From: Collinsella sp.
GTDB lineage: Bacteria; Actinomycetota; Coriobacteriia; Coriobacteriales; Coriobacteriaceae
Direction of reading: 5' to 3'
Assembly (NCBI GenBank): GCA_036297525.1
Contig: JAXJKV010000019.1
Location: 10,715 to 74,714, forward strand
DNA: 64,000 nucleotides
Shown: in pieces, positions 37,421-50,637 of the stretch
Layout of the letters: every line of letters begins with the position of its first letter
Position numbering within the stretch: position 1 is the stretch's first letter
The notes under the pieces: generated by a model
What the model was told of the DNA's origin: nothing
Databases searched by the model: none
Seen by the model: only the letters and a program-made list of their open reading frames with translations
Made by a program: the position numbers and the translations under genes

Positions 37421-37599
37421 CGGCGCGCCAGAGCCAGTCGCCTGGGGATGGAGAGGCCATTTTGGCCCTTGGCGGTCAGTCGGGGCGAAACTAGAAGATC
37501 TTTCCGATTCGCGGCTGTTCATGCTTGTAGAGCATCTAAAACAATAGGATGTTATTCTGGAATATGCCGGGTGCGTGAACTTGCCTGTCTTAGCCTTAA

Positions 37600-38560
37600 T
37601 AAGGTATAGGGGAGTTTGGCTCAGGGGTTCCGTCTTGTTCTTCAGCGCAGTATTGTGGGACAGATTTGCTGAGATTGGCGCCTTACACCGCAGAGCGCAC
37701 GGAAGGCTCTCGATTTGTGTTCTGGCCCCAGAATACAGGGCCTGATACTTACCAACTGTGGCATGGATGTAACATCTGTAGAAATCAACCCTTTTGTTGT
37801 CGACCTTTGTAAGAAAAACACTGCCATCAACTCTTTGGATGACGAAACTAGGGTGCTTGAGGGGAGCCTTTACTCCCCTCTGAGAGATGACTCATGTTTT
37901 TCGCTTGTCGTTGTGAATCCTCCGTTACTGCCGATTCCGGATGAGATTCCTTATCCCTTCGTTTGAGATGGAGGACAATCGGGTCTGGATAAAACACTTC
38001 GTATTCTTAAGGGTGGCGATACGCATTTAGAGAAAAACGGTAAATACTGCTAATAGGGGTGACGACGATGGTGCAGGGGCGACCCGCGATGCTCTCATCA
38101 ATACGTCGGATACTTGGGAAATCAGGTCTAGATGCATGTATGATGATGCTGTGTGGCTATTCAATTAATCCGCGTTCCGAATGGGTGCAGGGTATAGCTG
38201 CGACATCGTATGCTTTTGACCCGGCGCGATACTCAGATATTTCTGAGGCGGTTGACGAAGTTTATACGCACTATGCCGCGCAAGGCGTTTCGGAAGTTTG
38301 CACATCTACGTTACGGGCTTAGGTTTCTTCAAGCGAGCAGGCCGGTTGCGTTATTTCGAGCGATTTTTCTAGTCTAGACGACAAAAGGCAAAGGATTTGA
38401 TGGGTATAAAACGCGGACGTTTGTGGGCGGATGCTCAAATCTATTGTGGCAATCGGGCGGTTGAAAAAGATATTTCAACCGCCCGATTGCCAGGTTCGTC
38501 GGAGGAGATGTCCGATTCCGACTCTCTTGTAGGAAGAGCTTGAGATCGTATTGGCCCAAG
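37600..38560 (+). pseudogene. Degraded class I SAM-dependent methyltransferase (MTS/HemK-like); ends approximate
   Basis: ALDLCSG, VTSVEINP, GSLY, VVNPP then FV*DGGQSGLD: in-frame TGA at 37964-37966 where Gly is expected; further stops and shifts downstream. Confidence 0.7.
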
Positions 38561-38637
38561 GCAATCTTAAAGCAGTCTCATTGGCAAATCTTCGCTCCTG
38601 TTGTGTTGAGGTGTAAGGTATCAGTGATTGATGTTTT

Positions 38638-40290
38638 GTGGCGGGTAGATTGGGGCCTTCCTTGATTCGATGCGTTCTCTCGAGGTTCATCAGAGCAAAA
38701 GGGGCTTTCGTCTTCATTGCTATCACGGTGATTGGAACCGCTCTCTCCTATGCCATGCCATACGTGAACGGGAAATTCTTAGATTTTCTTCTCGGTAACC
38801 GCAGCGAAAGAGACGCCGTACTCTTCGCGCTCCTGGTTGCGTCAATAGGAGTTTTCTCCACCCTCTTTACTTATTTTGCAGGAACACTTTCCATTCGCAT
38901 AACCACGAGACTTTCCTTTGATCTTCTCAGGGAGGCCGTCTTGCGTTTTGAAAGAGACGATTACTTGGTGAGTCGGACCATCGATCCAGCCTATACAACG
39001 CAACGGATTATTTCCGACTCCAGCGTGGTCTCATCCTTCGTTTTGGCGAATTTTATCAGTGCGCCGCTGTCCATTGTAGCCATTCCCATCGTATTGCTTA
39101 TCATATGGTCAATTGATTCAACTCTCGCGGTGTTTTCCATCATTCTCCTCATCGTGTATTTCTGTGTAATTACTGGGTTGAGGAAACTTTTGTATAGGGT
39201 CACGTATGAGAAGAAAGAGGCGGACAGCGCCTTTTACGCCGCAATTGCATCGCAGCTTAATCAGATTCTCAACATTCAACTGACATCTTCGTACGGCAAG
39301 AGCGAACAAGCGCTCGACGCTGGGTTTAAGAGCTATTTTCCCAAAGTTTTGCGCTCCGGAAAGCTATCATATTCTCTGACATCGCTCGATGGTCTTTTCG
39401 CAGCGTTGTTTCAAGCGGTGATACTTGTTGTTTCCGGAGTACGAATCATTAACGGAACTATGTCAATAGGCGAGTACACTATCATCGGTACATACTTCGC
39501 GGTTCTCTTTAAGACTTTGAAAAGTATGATGTCATTGTTCAAATCCTATCAAGATGCCAAAGCATCATGGGATAGGACGGCTATCGCGACGAGAGAAAAG
39601 GAGAGATCGGGGTGGAATCGGACCGATTTAGCTAAACTCGATGAAATAAATGACATTTCGGTATCTGATTTGGAATTCTCGGTTGCCCTTCCAGACGGAT
39701 CTGTCCGAGAGGTCCTCGGCGGGTTTTCTTTCAAGTTTTCCGGTCCTGGTACATATTGCATAGTTGGGGAAAACGGAAGAGGCAAGACGTCACTTCTTTA
39801 CTTGATGCTCGGGCTATACTCATCGAAAGGCAAAGTAAAATACAACGGCGTGCCAATCGAAGAATGCGACTTGGATTACATACGTGCGAGAGAGATATCG
39901 TGCTGCCCACAGTCGTGCTTCGCGCCGGACGAAACGGTGAAAGAGCTGTTAGAGTATTTCGACACGCCCTTTTCTTCCTATCACCGGGGTGTAGATGGCC
40001 TACTTTCGCTGGAAAACAGCGTGAAGGAGTTGCTCGGGAAACGTTGCTCCGCGCTTTCGGGCGGTGAGCTGCGCCGAGTGTACTTATGGTCGGCGATTTC
40101 ACGCAAGTCGTCAGTTTTGGTACTCGACGAGCCCACGACTGGGTTAGACGCTGTAAGCCGCGCCGAGCTTGCGGCCTATGTTAAGCGCAACAAGCAAAGC
40201 CAGCTGATCATCGTTGTCTCTCACGATGACGAGATGGTCGGCGCGGTAGAAGGGGTAGTGGATTTAGGCAGCATGTACCAGGGTAAATGA
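38638..40290 (+). CDS. ABC exporter (TMD + NBD fused); start uncertain
   Basis: About six TM segments, Walker A GENGRGKT, LSGGE, VLVLDEPT, VSHD; no N-terminal C39 peptidase domain. Confidence 0.9.
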   Translation: MAGRLGPSLIRCVLSRFIRAKGAFVFIAITVIGTALSYAMPYVNGKFLDFLLGNRSERDAVLFALLVASIGVFSTLFTYFAGTLSIRITTRLSFDLLREAVLRFERDDYLVSRTIDPAYTTQRIISDSSVVSSFVLANFISAPLSIVAIPIVLLIIWSIDSTLAVFSIILLIVYFCVITGLRKLLYRVTYEKKEADSAFYAAIASQLNQILNIQLTSSYGKSEQALDAGFKSYFPKVLRSGKLSYSLTSLDGLFAALFQAVILVVSGVRIINGTMSIGEYTIIGTYFAVLFKTLKSMMSLFKSYQDAKASWDRTAIATREKERSGWNRTDLAKLDEINDISVSDLEFSVALPDGSVREVLGGFSFKFSGPGTYCIVGENGRGKTSLLYLMLGLYSSKGKVKYNGVPIEECDLDYIRAREISCCPQSCFAPDETVKELLEYFDTPFSSYHRGVDGLLSLENSVKELLGKRCSALSGGELRRVYLWSAISRKSSVLVLDEPTTGLDAVSRAELAAYVKRNKQSQLIIVVSHDDEMVGAVEGVVDLGSMYQGK

Positions 40291-40661
40291 TGACAAGTGT
40301 AGTGCTACCCAACTGGCAGAGATAACAAAAAGGCGATGCAGATGCACGTAGCATTCAGGCGGTTCGGACTCGGTGCCTTCACGCCATCGCAACGCTTTCA
40401 GATATAGTTCTCGTTCTCTTACTAAAGGAAACTTTAGTCTATGTCATCTTGTCGAGACAGAGGTGAAGCGAAGTGTTGTCGCGACGTATCTTATTCCAGG
40501 TGGCTCAGTATCAGCGTGAGAATCGCACCAAAGTGTACTTACGATTCTCGTGTCCCACGGACAACATGAGCTGAGCATTGAGGTTCCACCCTTTGCTGCA
40601 ACTACACGGGGTTGGACGGCAATGAATATGCCGGGCCGCATACCACGCGCAGCGGGGGTCC

Positions 40662-40787
40662 ATGTCCCAGTATGTTGCCTACAGCAGCCTCGATGTCCAC
40701 GCACACATCATCTCTGCCTTCGCGTTCAATCCATTTGCCGGAGAGTGCGAGGGTTGCCAGGCCGTAGAATTCGAGCCGAACAAATGA
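40662..40787 (+). pseudogene. IS110-family transposase N-terminal remnant
   Basis: Manual translation MSQYVAYSSLDVHAHIISAFAFNPFAGE... resembles the IS110 N-terminus (GLDVH motif); stops after 41 aa. Confidence 0.45.
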
Positions 40788-41176
40788 AATGCGGTATCAG
40801 CGCATAGGATTAAACTGACGATTGCTTTGCACTGAGAATACGCTTGGAAAGCCGCTATGGGTGGCGGCCCGGGTTAAATAGAGAAGCCCGTCCGATCACT
40901 TTCATGTGGCGAACGGTCGGGCTTCTTATTCCACTTGCCGATGCTCGGCTCATATTGGAAGAAAGCTACGCTAATGTTTGCGTGACACTCCTATTTTCTC
41001 CGAAGAAAGAGTCGGATAATGAAGAATAGAATTAAAAAAGGTGCCAGATATAACGCAAATATAAAGGCTAATCCAACGAGACCTTGCAATAATGGCATAA
41101 CTCCTCCCAGACACGAGATTTTGGTATTTGTCCCCATCTTATTCTGAATTGGACCAAATAGTTCCTAGCCACAAAA

Positions 41177-41356
41177 CTACTCGTCAACTGGATCGCACCA
41201 ATCTGCTGGCAAAACACAGCTTGATTCTTTATCGACATAGCACCAATCCGCAACAGGGCACTCGGCGATGTCGTAAAAATTGCATATATCAACTCCAAGA
41301 CAACAAGGCTCAACGGGAGGATGTTCATTTGAACCAACAGGATGGACATGCTTCAT
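41177..41356 (-). CDS. RiPP precursor peptide 2 (59 aa, 7 Cys; not in ORF track)
   Basis: Manual translation MKHVHPVGSNEHPPVEPCCLGVDICNFYDIAECPVADWCYVDKESSCVLPADWCDPVDE; GAGGAG RBS; paralogous to precursor 1. Confidence 0.85.
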   Translation of the reverse strand: MKHVHPVGSNEHPPVEPCCLGVDICNFYDIAECPVADWCYVDKESSCVLPADWCDPVDE

Positions 41357-41386
41357 AACAGCTCCTCACCTTAATCCAATTAGAGA

Positions 41387-41590
41387 CTACGTTTGATCAA
41401 TGCCACAGTGATCTACAACGCAGATGCTGCCGCCATCCATGTCATAGTCGCAGTAATCGTATGCACCACAGCCATCTGCTTTATCATAAACAGTACAGAT
41501 GTCAGTAATGCCCAAGAGGCAGTCAAAAGACATCGGCTTCACGCCTGCCTCGTCGCCACTTCCTGGATTAATCGGATGAATATGCTTCAC
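41387..41590 (-). CDS. RiPP precursor peptide 1 (67 aa, 6 Cys)
   Basis: GGAGGT RBS + GTG; MKHIHPINPGSGDEAGVKPMSFDCLLGITDICTVYDKADGCGAYDYCDYDMDGGSICVVDHCGIDQT; directly downstream of the rSAM gene. Confidence 0.85.
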   Translation of the reverse strand: MKHIHPINPGSGDEAGVKPMSFDCLLGITDICTVYDKADGCGAYDYCDYDMDGGSICVVDHCGIDQT

Positions 41591-41759
41591 GACTACCTCC
41601 CTTTGAGTGCAGAAAAACCTCAATATTGTGTATAACAAACCAAGATGTCTAGTTCACCATATTTCTAGAATGGTTTCGGCGAACGTAGCAATAAGCTTCG
41701 CAGACGGTAATCAGAAGAACGAACACCTCCACAATGGTGACAGCAATGCGCTGAACCGC

Positions 41760-43118
41760 TTATTCCGATACAGTAGCTTCTCGTTGATTTTTCTCCTGCG
41801 AAGATGAGTGGCGGGAAATAAGGTCAAAAGCCATCTCGTAGCACATTTTTCTATATTCACATGATGCAGGGTGTAGACTCTTGGGCAAGTAGCCGTGCTC
41901 GTCTGCAGCCTCCCAGCTACAGCCCCCACCACAGAAAGACCGAGCCCAACAGTCCGTACAGTCAATTCTTTTTTCGACACCCTGACTCCAGTTTTCAATA
42001 TACCTAGTTTCGTCAATTCCGGTGACGATGTTGCCCATTTTGAATCGCATCATCCCGACAAACCTGTGACAGGGGTATACGTCCCCTTCGGGAGTCACGG
42101 AAATAAAACGCCTGCCAGCCCCGCATCCGACAAAGGCGATCCTGTTACTCATAATCAAATCAACTGCAGTTTTCAATGTTCTAAACAAGGGCTTTTCCCC
42201 TTGATCAATCTGTTTGAGATATTGATCCGCCAAATCTATTAGGCCCGCCCTGATTTTGTTTAATGAGTGTTCGTCGAGTTTGATATTCTCATCGAATGAG
42301 CTCACGGGCGAGAAGTAAATCCTTCTGAAGCCCATCTCTTTAAACTGAAGATAGTCTTCAACAAGGTTACAGTTATTATTTGTTAAGGTCGCTCTTGCGC
42401 CGAAGGGGAACGACTCGGAAAAACGACGAACGTTTTTGTCGATATCGGAGAAAGAGCCGCCTCCCGTCTTGTACGGGCGCGATGCATCGTGCTTGCATCC
42501 TGTACCATCGAGACTAATCAGAACAGAAAACCCGTGCTCCTTGAAAGAATTCACAGCAGTGTCATTCAAAAGCGTTCCGTTGGTCGTAATAGAATAGGTA
42601 AAGTTTCTATTGGGGTATATTCTTTTTGAATAGTCGACCGTTTTCCATATCAGCGGCTCGTTAATCATGGGTTCCCCACCAAAAAAGACGATCGCAAGCG
42701 TTTCGTTTTCCGATGAACTTGCGACGAGGTAGTCGACCGCCTTGAAGGCTATCTCGTCTGTCATCAGCAGAGGAGACGTTCCATAATCTCCTTTACCGGC
42801 AAAACAGTAACTACAACCAAGGTTGCATGCATGTGAAACGTGGAGTTCGATGGATCTAAGTTTTCGAGGCGTGTCTTTTGTTAAGAAAGTCCGCTCAGAC
42901 AATCGTTGATACTCATCAATGTCGTCTTCAAGTTCTGCTATGGTCGTTTGGTCGTAGCCTTTCGCAGCAAGTGACTTTGTTAGCAACTTCGAGTTGACCG
43001 TTCTTCCCGATGCTTCAAATATGCGAAGCGCATCTTCTGATGCTTGGTCAACCTGAAAGCAATTGCGAGTGACCTCATCGAAGCAGTAACGACGATCACT
43101 TACTGAGAAAAAATGCAT
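41760..43118 (-). CDS. Radical SAM/SPASM peptide maturase (PapB/CteB-like) with probable N-terminal RRE; alternative start 43148
   Basis: CNLGCSYC, FFGGEP, ITTNGTLL, ISLDG; SPASM CGAG..GDVYPC..CTDCWARSFCGGGC..C; ~85-aa N-terminal extension. Confidence 0.93.
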   Translation of the reverse strand: MHFFSVSDRRYCFDEVTRNCFQVDQASEDALRIFEASGRTVNSKLLTKSLAAKGYDQTTIAELEDDIDEYQRLSERTFLTKDTPRKLRSIELHVSHACNLGCSYCFAGKGDYGTSPLLMTDEIAFKAVDYLVASSSENETLAIVFFGGEPMINEPLIWKTVDYSKRIYPNRNFTYSITTNGTLLNDTAVNSFKEHGFSVLISLDGTGCKHDASRPYKTGGGSFSDIDKNVRRFSESFPFGARATLTNNNCNLVEDYLQFKEMGFRRIYFSPVSSFDENIKLDEHSLNKIRAGLIDLADQYLKQIDQGEKPLFRTLKTAVDLIMSNRIAFVGCGAGRRFISVTPEGDVYPCHRFVGMMRFKMGNIVTGIDETRYIENWSQGVEKRIDCTDCWARSFCGGGCSWEAADEHGYLPKSLHPASCEYRKMCYEMAFDLISRHSSSQEKNQREATVSE

Positions 43119-43685
43119 ACGTTCCTCAATTTCATGCTGGACTGGCACTAACCTTGTTTATTGTTGCGCAGCTATAAAAAACCACCAGCGGGGATTCGGT
43201 GTGCGGCCCAATCGGACTCCCAAAAGGTTCTATTTGAGACTGGCAAGCTTTGTGTTGTTGGCACTTCGACAGCGCTCTTTATTCCAACATGGAGCCTCGC
43301 AGTTTGAGTCGACTTGCCTCTGGAAGGTCCGATCTTAACTTGATTTAGGATGAAAACAGATTACAGGCGCGCTCCTCTAGAAAGAAAGGAAACCAATCGC
43401 CGCCTTTCACCAGGAAAGTTTTTATAGCCCACCTCGAGCAAAATGAAAGATGCGAGAGCGATTGGGGAACAACGCGAATCTCCCCTTTTGGGTGGGAGCG
43501 AGCCTTCAGCCACCGGCGAACGACTCGCCCTGGTCAGAATCTGGAAGTGGTGCCGGGCCGCTTGGGCCTCCCCGGTGACTTCGTGGGGCTTACCTGCCTG
43601 ACGTCGAGGAGTACATCCGCAAGATTCGTTCCCTATGCCGTTTGCTCTCACGCCCGCCTTAGTTCCAAGTCGGGCGAGCCGCCGC

Positions 43686-44117
43686 GCTCATGCGACCCGT
43701 GGCGGCGACACGTCGACGCCGCGCTCGCTGAGCACATCTTCGGTCGCGGGCGAGCACGAGGTCGCGCCGGCGCATCCGCTGGGACTGCTGCGCGTGCAAA
43801 ACGGCTACGTGGTGAGCGCCCCGCGCTGGATTCAGCCGAGTGAGGAAGGCGTTGAGATCGGCGCGCTGGCAACGGGGGAGGGCGACATCACCGACGTCGG
43901 CGACGACGTCTCGGCCCGCCATGCCCATATCTGGTGCGACGATTCTGGCACATGGTTTGTCGAGGACCTGTCGTCCACGAACGGCACCGTGGTGGTAAAC
44001 GGGGCCACGAGTGTGTGTGTTCAAGTAGAGCCTGGCCGCTCCGCCCAGCTCAACCCCGGCGACGAGCTCAAACTCGGCGAATCCACCACCTACGCCATCC
44101 TCCTCGGCGCCCTCTAA
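43686..44117 (+). pseudogene. 5'-truncated second copy of the FHA gene
   Basis: AHATRGGDTSTPRSL...PAHPLGLLRVQN...GESTTYAILLGAL nearly identical in protein to 36940-37372; 5' half absent. Confidence 0.85.
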
Positions 44118-44132
44118 CTCATCCCCTCAATG

Positions 44133-44199
44133 AGTTGCGGTGAAATAGGGACTGATTAAGGCCGTTAACAGCAAAAACACTCCCTATTTCACCGCAACT
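44133..44199. repeat. 19-bp inverted repeat with 29-bp spacer
   Basis: AGTTGCGGTGAAATAGGGA / TCCCTATTTCACCGCAACT. Confidence 0.75.
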
Positions 44200-44596
44200 G
44201 CTGTGGGGTTCCAGGGGACTGTGCCCGTCGGTGCCGGGCGCACAATAGTCACCCGAGGTAAACCTTTACCGGCCACCTATATTTGCCGAAATTACACTTG
44301 ACGGCGGGGTACAATAAACCCGCATGCGGATTTCCGTTGCGGGCGCTTCCCATCGCCGGGGCGTGCCCGGGAGCATCCGGCATGCGGCCTTTGCGGCGCT
44401 CGGTCATGTGCAAGACGGGTAGCTGGGCCTGTGGAGCGCGTGCAGCCCTCCTCGCCTCGGCATGCCTTCTCTCCACGCCATGTACCTGCTGCTGAGTTCG
44501 CCTGCCAGATGATTGGAAGCAACAGCGAAAATCCCATCACGCCAACATCCCGGCGATCGCCGGGGCCTGTATACCTATATGAGAGGAGAGGGGTAT

Positions 44597-48136
<3,540 letters not shown>

Positions 48137-48146
48137 GTCTCCCGCC

Positions 48147-48271
48147 GCAGGATCTGAGGGCTAACCTTCGCGGACGTCCTCGGACATGAAAGAACCCCCG
48201 CTGCGCACTACGTGCGGCGGGGGTTCTTTCGTCCTGCGGAGTGTCCGCGAAGGTTAGCCCTCAGATCCTGC
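48147..48271. repeat. ~125-bp long hairpin after nifJ
   Basis: 29-bp perfect outer arms (48147-48175 / 48243-48271) plus inner GAAAGAACCCCCGC / GCGGGGGTTCTTTC. Confidence 0.8.
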
Positions 48272-48507
48272 TACGACTACGTCCTCGGATTGTGTGGCTG
48301 AATGAAGGACGTGGCTGAGGGGGCCTTTTATCCCCTTCGCTGTTTCGCGGCTTTGCCGCGAAACCTCGCGTTACTTTGGGGATGGATGGGGGGCGTGGTT
48401 GTTGCGGCTTCTTATCCCTTTGCTTTTTCGTGGCTTTGCCGCGAAACGCGCAGCACCTCGGGAAATGCATTGATGCGTGGGCGGGGCTGGATTGCGGATT
48501 CAAATGG

Positions 48508-49869
48508 CTAGAGAGATATGGGCGCGAACGAGAAATCGTTATTGGGGTCATCCTTTTCCATAAACTCATCGAGACAAAACGTCATGTAGATTGGAACGTA
48601 CAGAACCTTGCCCTCTTTGCTGAGATTCTCGTGGCTCAGTACAACGGCCTCGGGAATTTTGTACTCGCCCACACTCATCAGACGATCGAGGGCCGCATGC
48701 GCTCGAACTTTCTTGCCCGATTTGACCTCGATTGGGACAACATGCCCGTGGGCGCCTTCGATCACAAAGTCAACTTCACCGACCTCACGCGTTTGGTAGT
48801 ACCATGCATCCGCCCCGAGGGCAACGAGTTCCTGCGCGACCACGTTCTCATAGAGACCACCAAGGTTGGGAGTTTTCATATCAAGATAGACAGCGCGTGC
48901 GGTGCTGCCGGGGTACCGCGATGCGAGCATGCCCGTATCAGACTCATATAGTTTGAAGGCTGTCGTTTTCTCCGTCCTCTTGAGAGGACTCCGTGGCTCC
49001 GTCACCCTGGCGACCATCAATCCAACACCTGCGTTAACAAGCCACAGGAAATCCTGCTCATATTTTTTAAGGCGAGCTCCCTCACCCAGAGACGAAACAA
49101 CAAAGCGATGAGACTCCGCCTCAAGCTGAACGGGAATTTGCTCAAAAATCGACCGAACGTTAAACGCTCGAGTCGATGCGTATTTTGAGATATCGCTTTT
49201 GTACTGATCGACCAGCTGAGTTTGAAGCTCACGTGTGCTCACGAGCGAATAACCCGAATCAATATAATTCTGAACGACCTCCGGCATGCCGCCGCAAACG
49301 ATATAAGCTCTATAGTTCTTGAGCATCGCCTCATGAATATAGTTTTCGACAGGATGTTTCTCGACAAGGCAGCTGCGAATGCCTGCAAGCACATTCTCGC
49401 TAACGCTGTTTGCCCAACAAAACTCTTCAAAATCCATCGGGCGCATAACAATGTGCTCTACATACCCCACCGGAAAAGAAGAGATCCCCTTAAACTCAGT
49501 CCCAAGCATAGACCCCGAGAAGACATAGCTAAAGCGCCCATCCTCGACCAACGCCTTCATGAGTGTAACGATCTGCGGATACTCCTGAATCTCATCGACA
49601 AAGACAAGCGTATCGCCCTCAACAAGCGGCGCATCCGCAAGAAGGGCTACGCGGTTGATAAAGTCAACGGAGTTCTTTGCGCCAACAAGTGCATTCTTTG
49701 CTTCGACATCGAGTAGTAAATTGACCTCAAAATACGAAGCGTAGTTGCTTTTTCCAAACGCGCGAATCGCATAGCTCTTGCCAATCTGACGCGCACCAGT
49801 AACGAGTAATGCCTTATTGGAGTTATTCTTCCAGCTCAAAAGCCTATCAGTGACCTTACGGCGTAGCAT
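48508..49869 (-). CDS. AAA+ ATPase with DUF4143 domain
   Basis: GARQIGKS, VDEIQE, SGS, PMDFEEF, GGMPEV, KLYESDTG, YEN, EVDF..PIEVKSG; lower GC than flanks. Confidence 0.88.
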   Translation of the reverse strand: MLRRKVTDRLLSWKNNSNKALLVTGARQIGKSYAIRAFGKSNYASYFEVNLLLDVEAKNALVGAKNSVDFINRVALLADAPLVEGDTLVFVDEIQEYPQIVTLMKALVEDGRFSYVFSGSMLGTEFKGISSFPVGYVEHIVMRPMDFEEFCWANSVSENVLAGIRSCLVEKHPVENYIHEAMLKNYRAYIVCGGMPEVVQNYIDSGYSLVSTRELQTQLVDQYKSDISKYASTRAFNVRSIFEQIPVQLEAESHRFVVSSLGEGARLKKYEQDFLWLVNAGVGLMVARVTEPRSPLKRTEKTTAFKLYESDTGMLASRYPGSTARAVYLDMKTPNLGGLYENVVAQELVALGADAWYYQTREVGEVDFVIEGAHGHVVPIEVKSGKKVRAHAALDRLMSVGEYKIPEAVVLSHENLSKEGKVLYVPIYMTFCLDEFMEKDDPNNDFSFAPISL

Positions 49870-50110
49870 TAAACCCCCAAATGACAAAAATTGACAGATA
49901 GAATCGCCTAAAATCATACAAAAATTGGCAGATAATAATGTCGTAAATATACAAAATTTGGGAGATAGCAAAGGTTCGAATAGGCCTCAAAGCCACTGAA
50001 ACAGTGCTCTACTTTGCGAAGGGGCTGGGGACGCTGTTGGGTGCGTCTCCAGCCCTCTGATTCTTACTTTGGATCCCGATGGTGGGGCGTTGTCGGTGCT
50101 GCTTGCTTGG

Positions 50111-50635
50111 TTACCTTGTCTCGCCGCTCTCTGTGCGTAGGCGGTAGCCGTGGACGAGGTCGCTAATAGCCGGCCAGGGAATCTGGCGGTCAACCCAAAA
50201 TTGGAGCTGGACCAGATAGCGCTCGGTGGCGCGGGTGAGGGCCGCGAACTGTTCGTGAGTCTCAACCTGGGCGTAGAGGTCGCGGCTGTGGGCGAGGATT
50301 GCCGTGGTGTCATCCATTTTGCCGGTGACGTCGAAGGCGCCCGAGAACCAGTCGCACAGGCGCGCGGCGCTGTTGTTGATCGTTGCGAGGTCGGCGGTGC
50401 CGTCGTTGGCGTTTTCGTTGGCTTGGGCTCGCAGGAGGGAGAGGGCGTCGGCTGCGTTCATGCAGTAGCCGACGGTGAAGTTCCAGACGGCGAATTCGCG
50501 GCCGGTGTCGAGCTTGCGGCGGCGCATGTAGTCGATATCGCGCGGTTCCTCGAGCATCATTTGATCGGCGAGGGCCTCAAGTGCAGTGGTGTACTCGGCA
50601 AGGTCGAGTACGAGCAGGGTGTTGATATCCATCAT
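50111..50635 (-). CDS. Cucumopine-synthase C-terminal helical-bundle-like protein
   Basis: All-helical 174 aa with EEPRDI near the N-terminus and YLVQLQFWVDRQIPW at the C-terminus; 2 bp from upstream cyclophilin-like gene. Confidence 0.55.
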   Translation of the reverse strand: MMDINTLLVLDLAEYTTALEALADQMMLEEPRDIDYMRRRKLDTGREFAVWNFTVGYCMNAADALSLLRAQANENANDGTADLATINNSAARLCDWFSGAFDVTGKMDDTTAILAHSRDLYAQVETHEQFAALTRATERYLVQLQFWVDRQIPWPAISDLVHGYRLRTESGETR

Positions 50636-50637
50636 CT

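Larger units (their letters stand above)
37373..43685. other. Low-GC genomic island carrying a RiPP biosynthetic cluster
   Basis: Visibly AT-richer than flanks; bounded by diverged direct repeats of the FHA gene 3' end (36940-37372 and 43686-44117). Confidence 0.8.

Noticed and set aside
41068..41349. 93-aa ORF MSILLVQMN... in the ORF track
   Set aside because: Overlaps in another frame the 59-aa precursor, which has the RBS and is clearly paralogous to its neighbour.
43150..43560. Riboswitch upstream of the rSAM gene
   Set aside because: No SAM, cobalamin or c-di-GMP consensus recognisable by eye; an Rfam scan would settle it.
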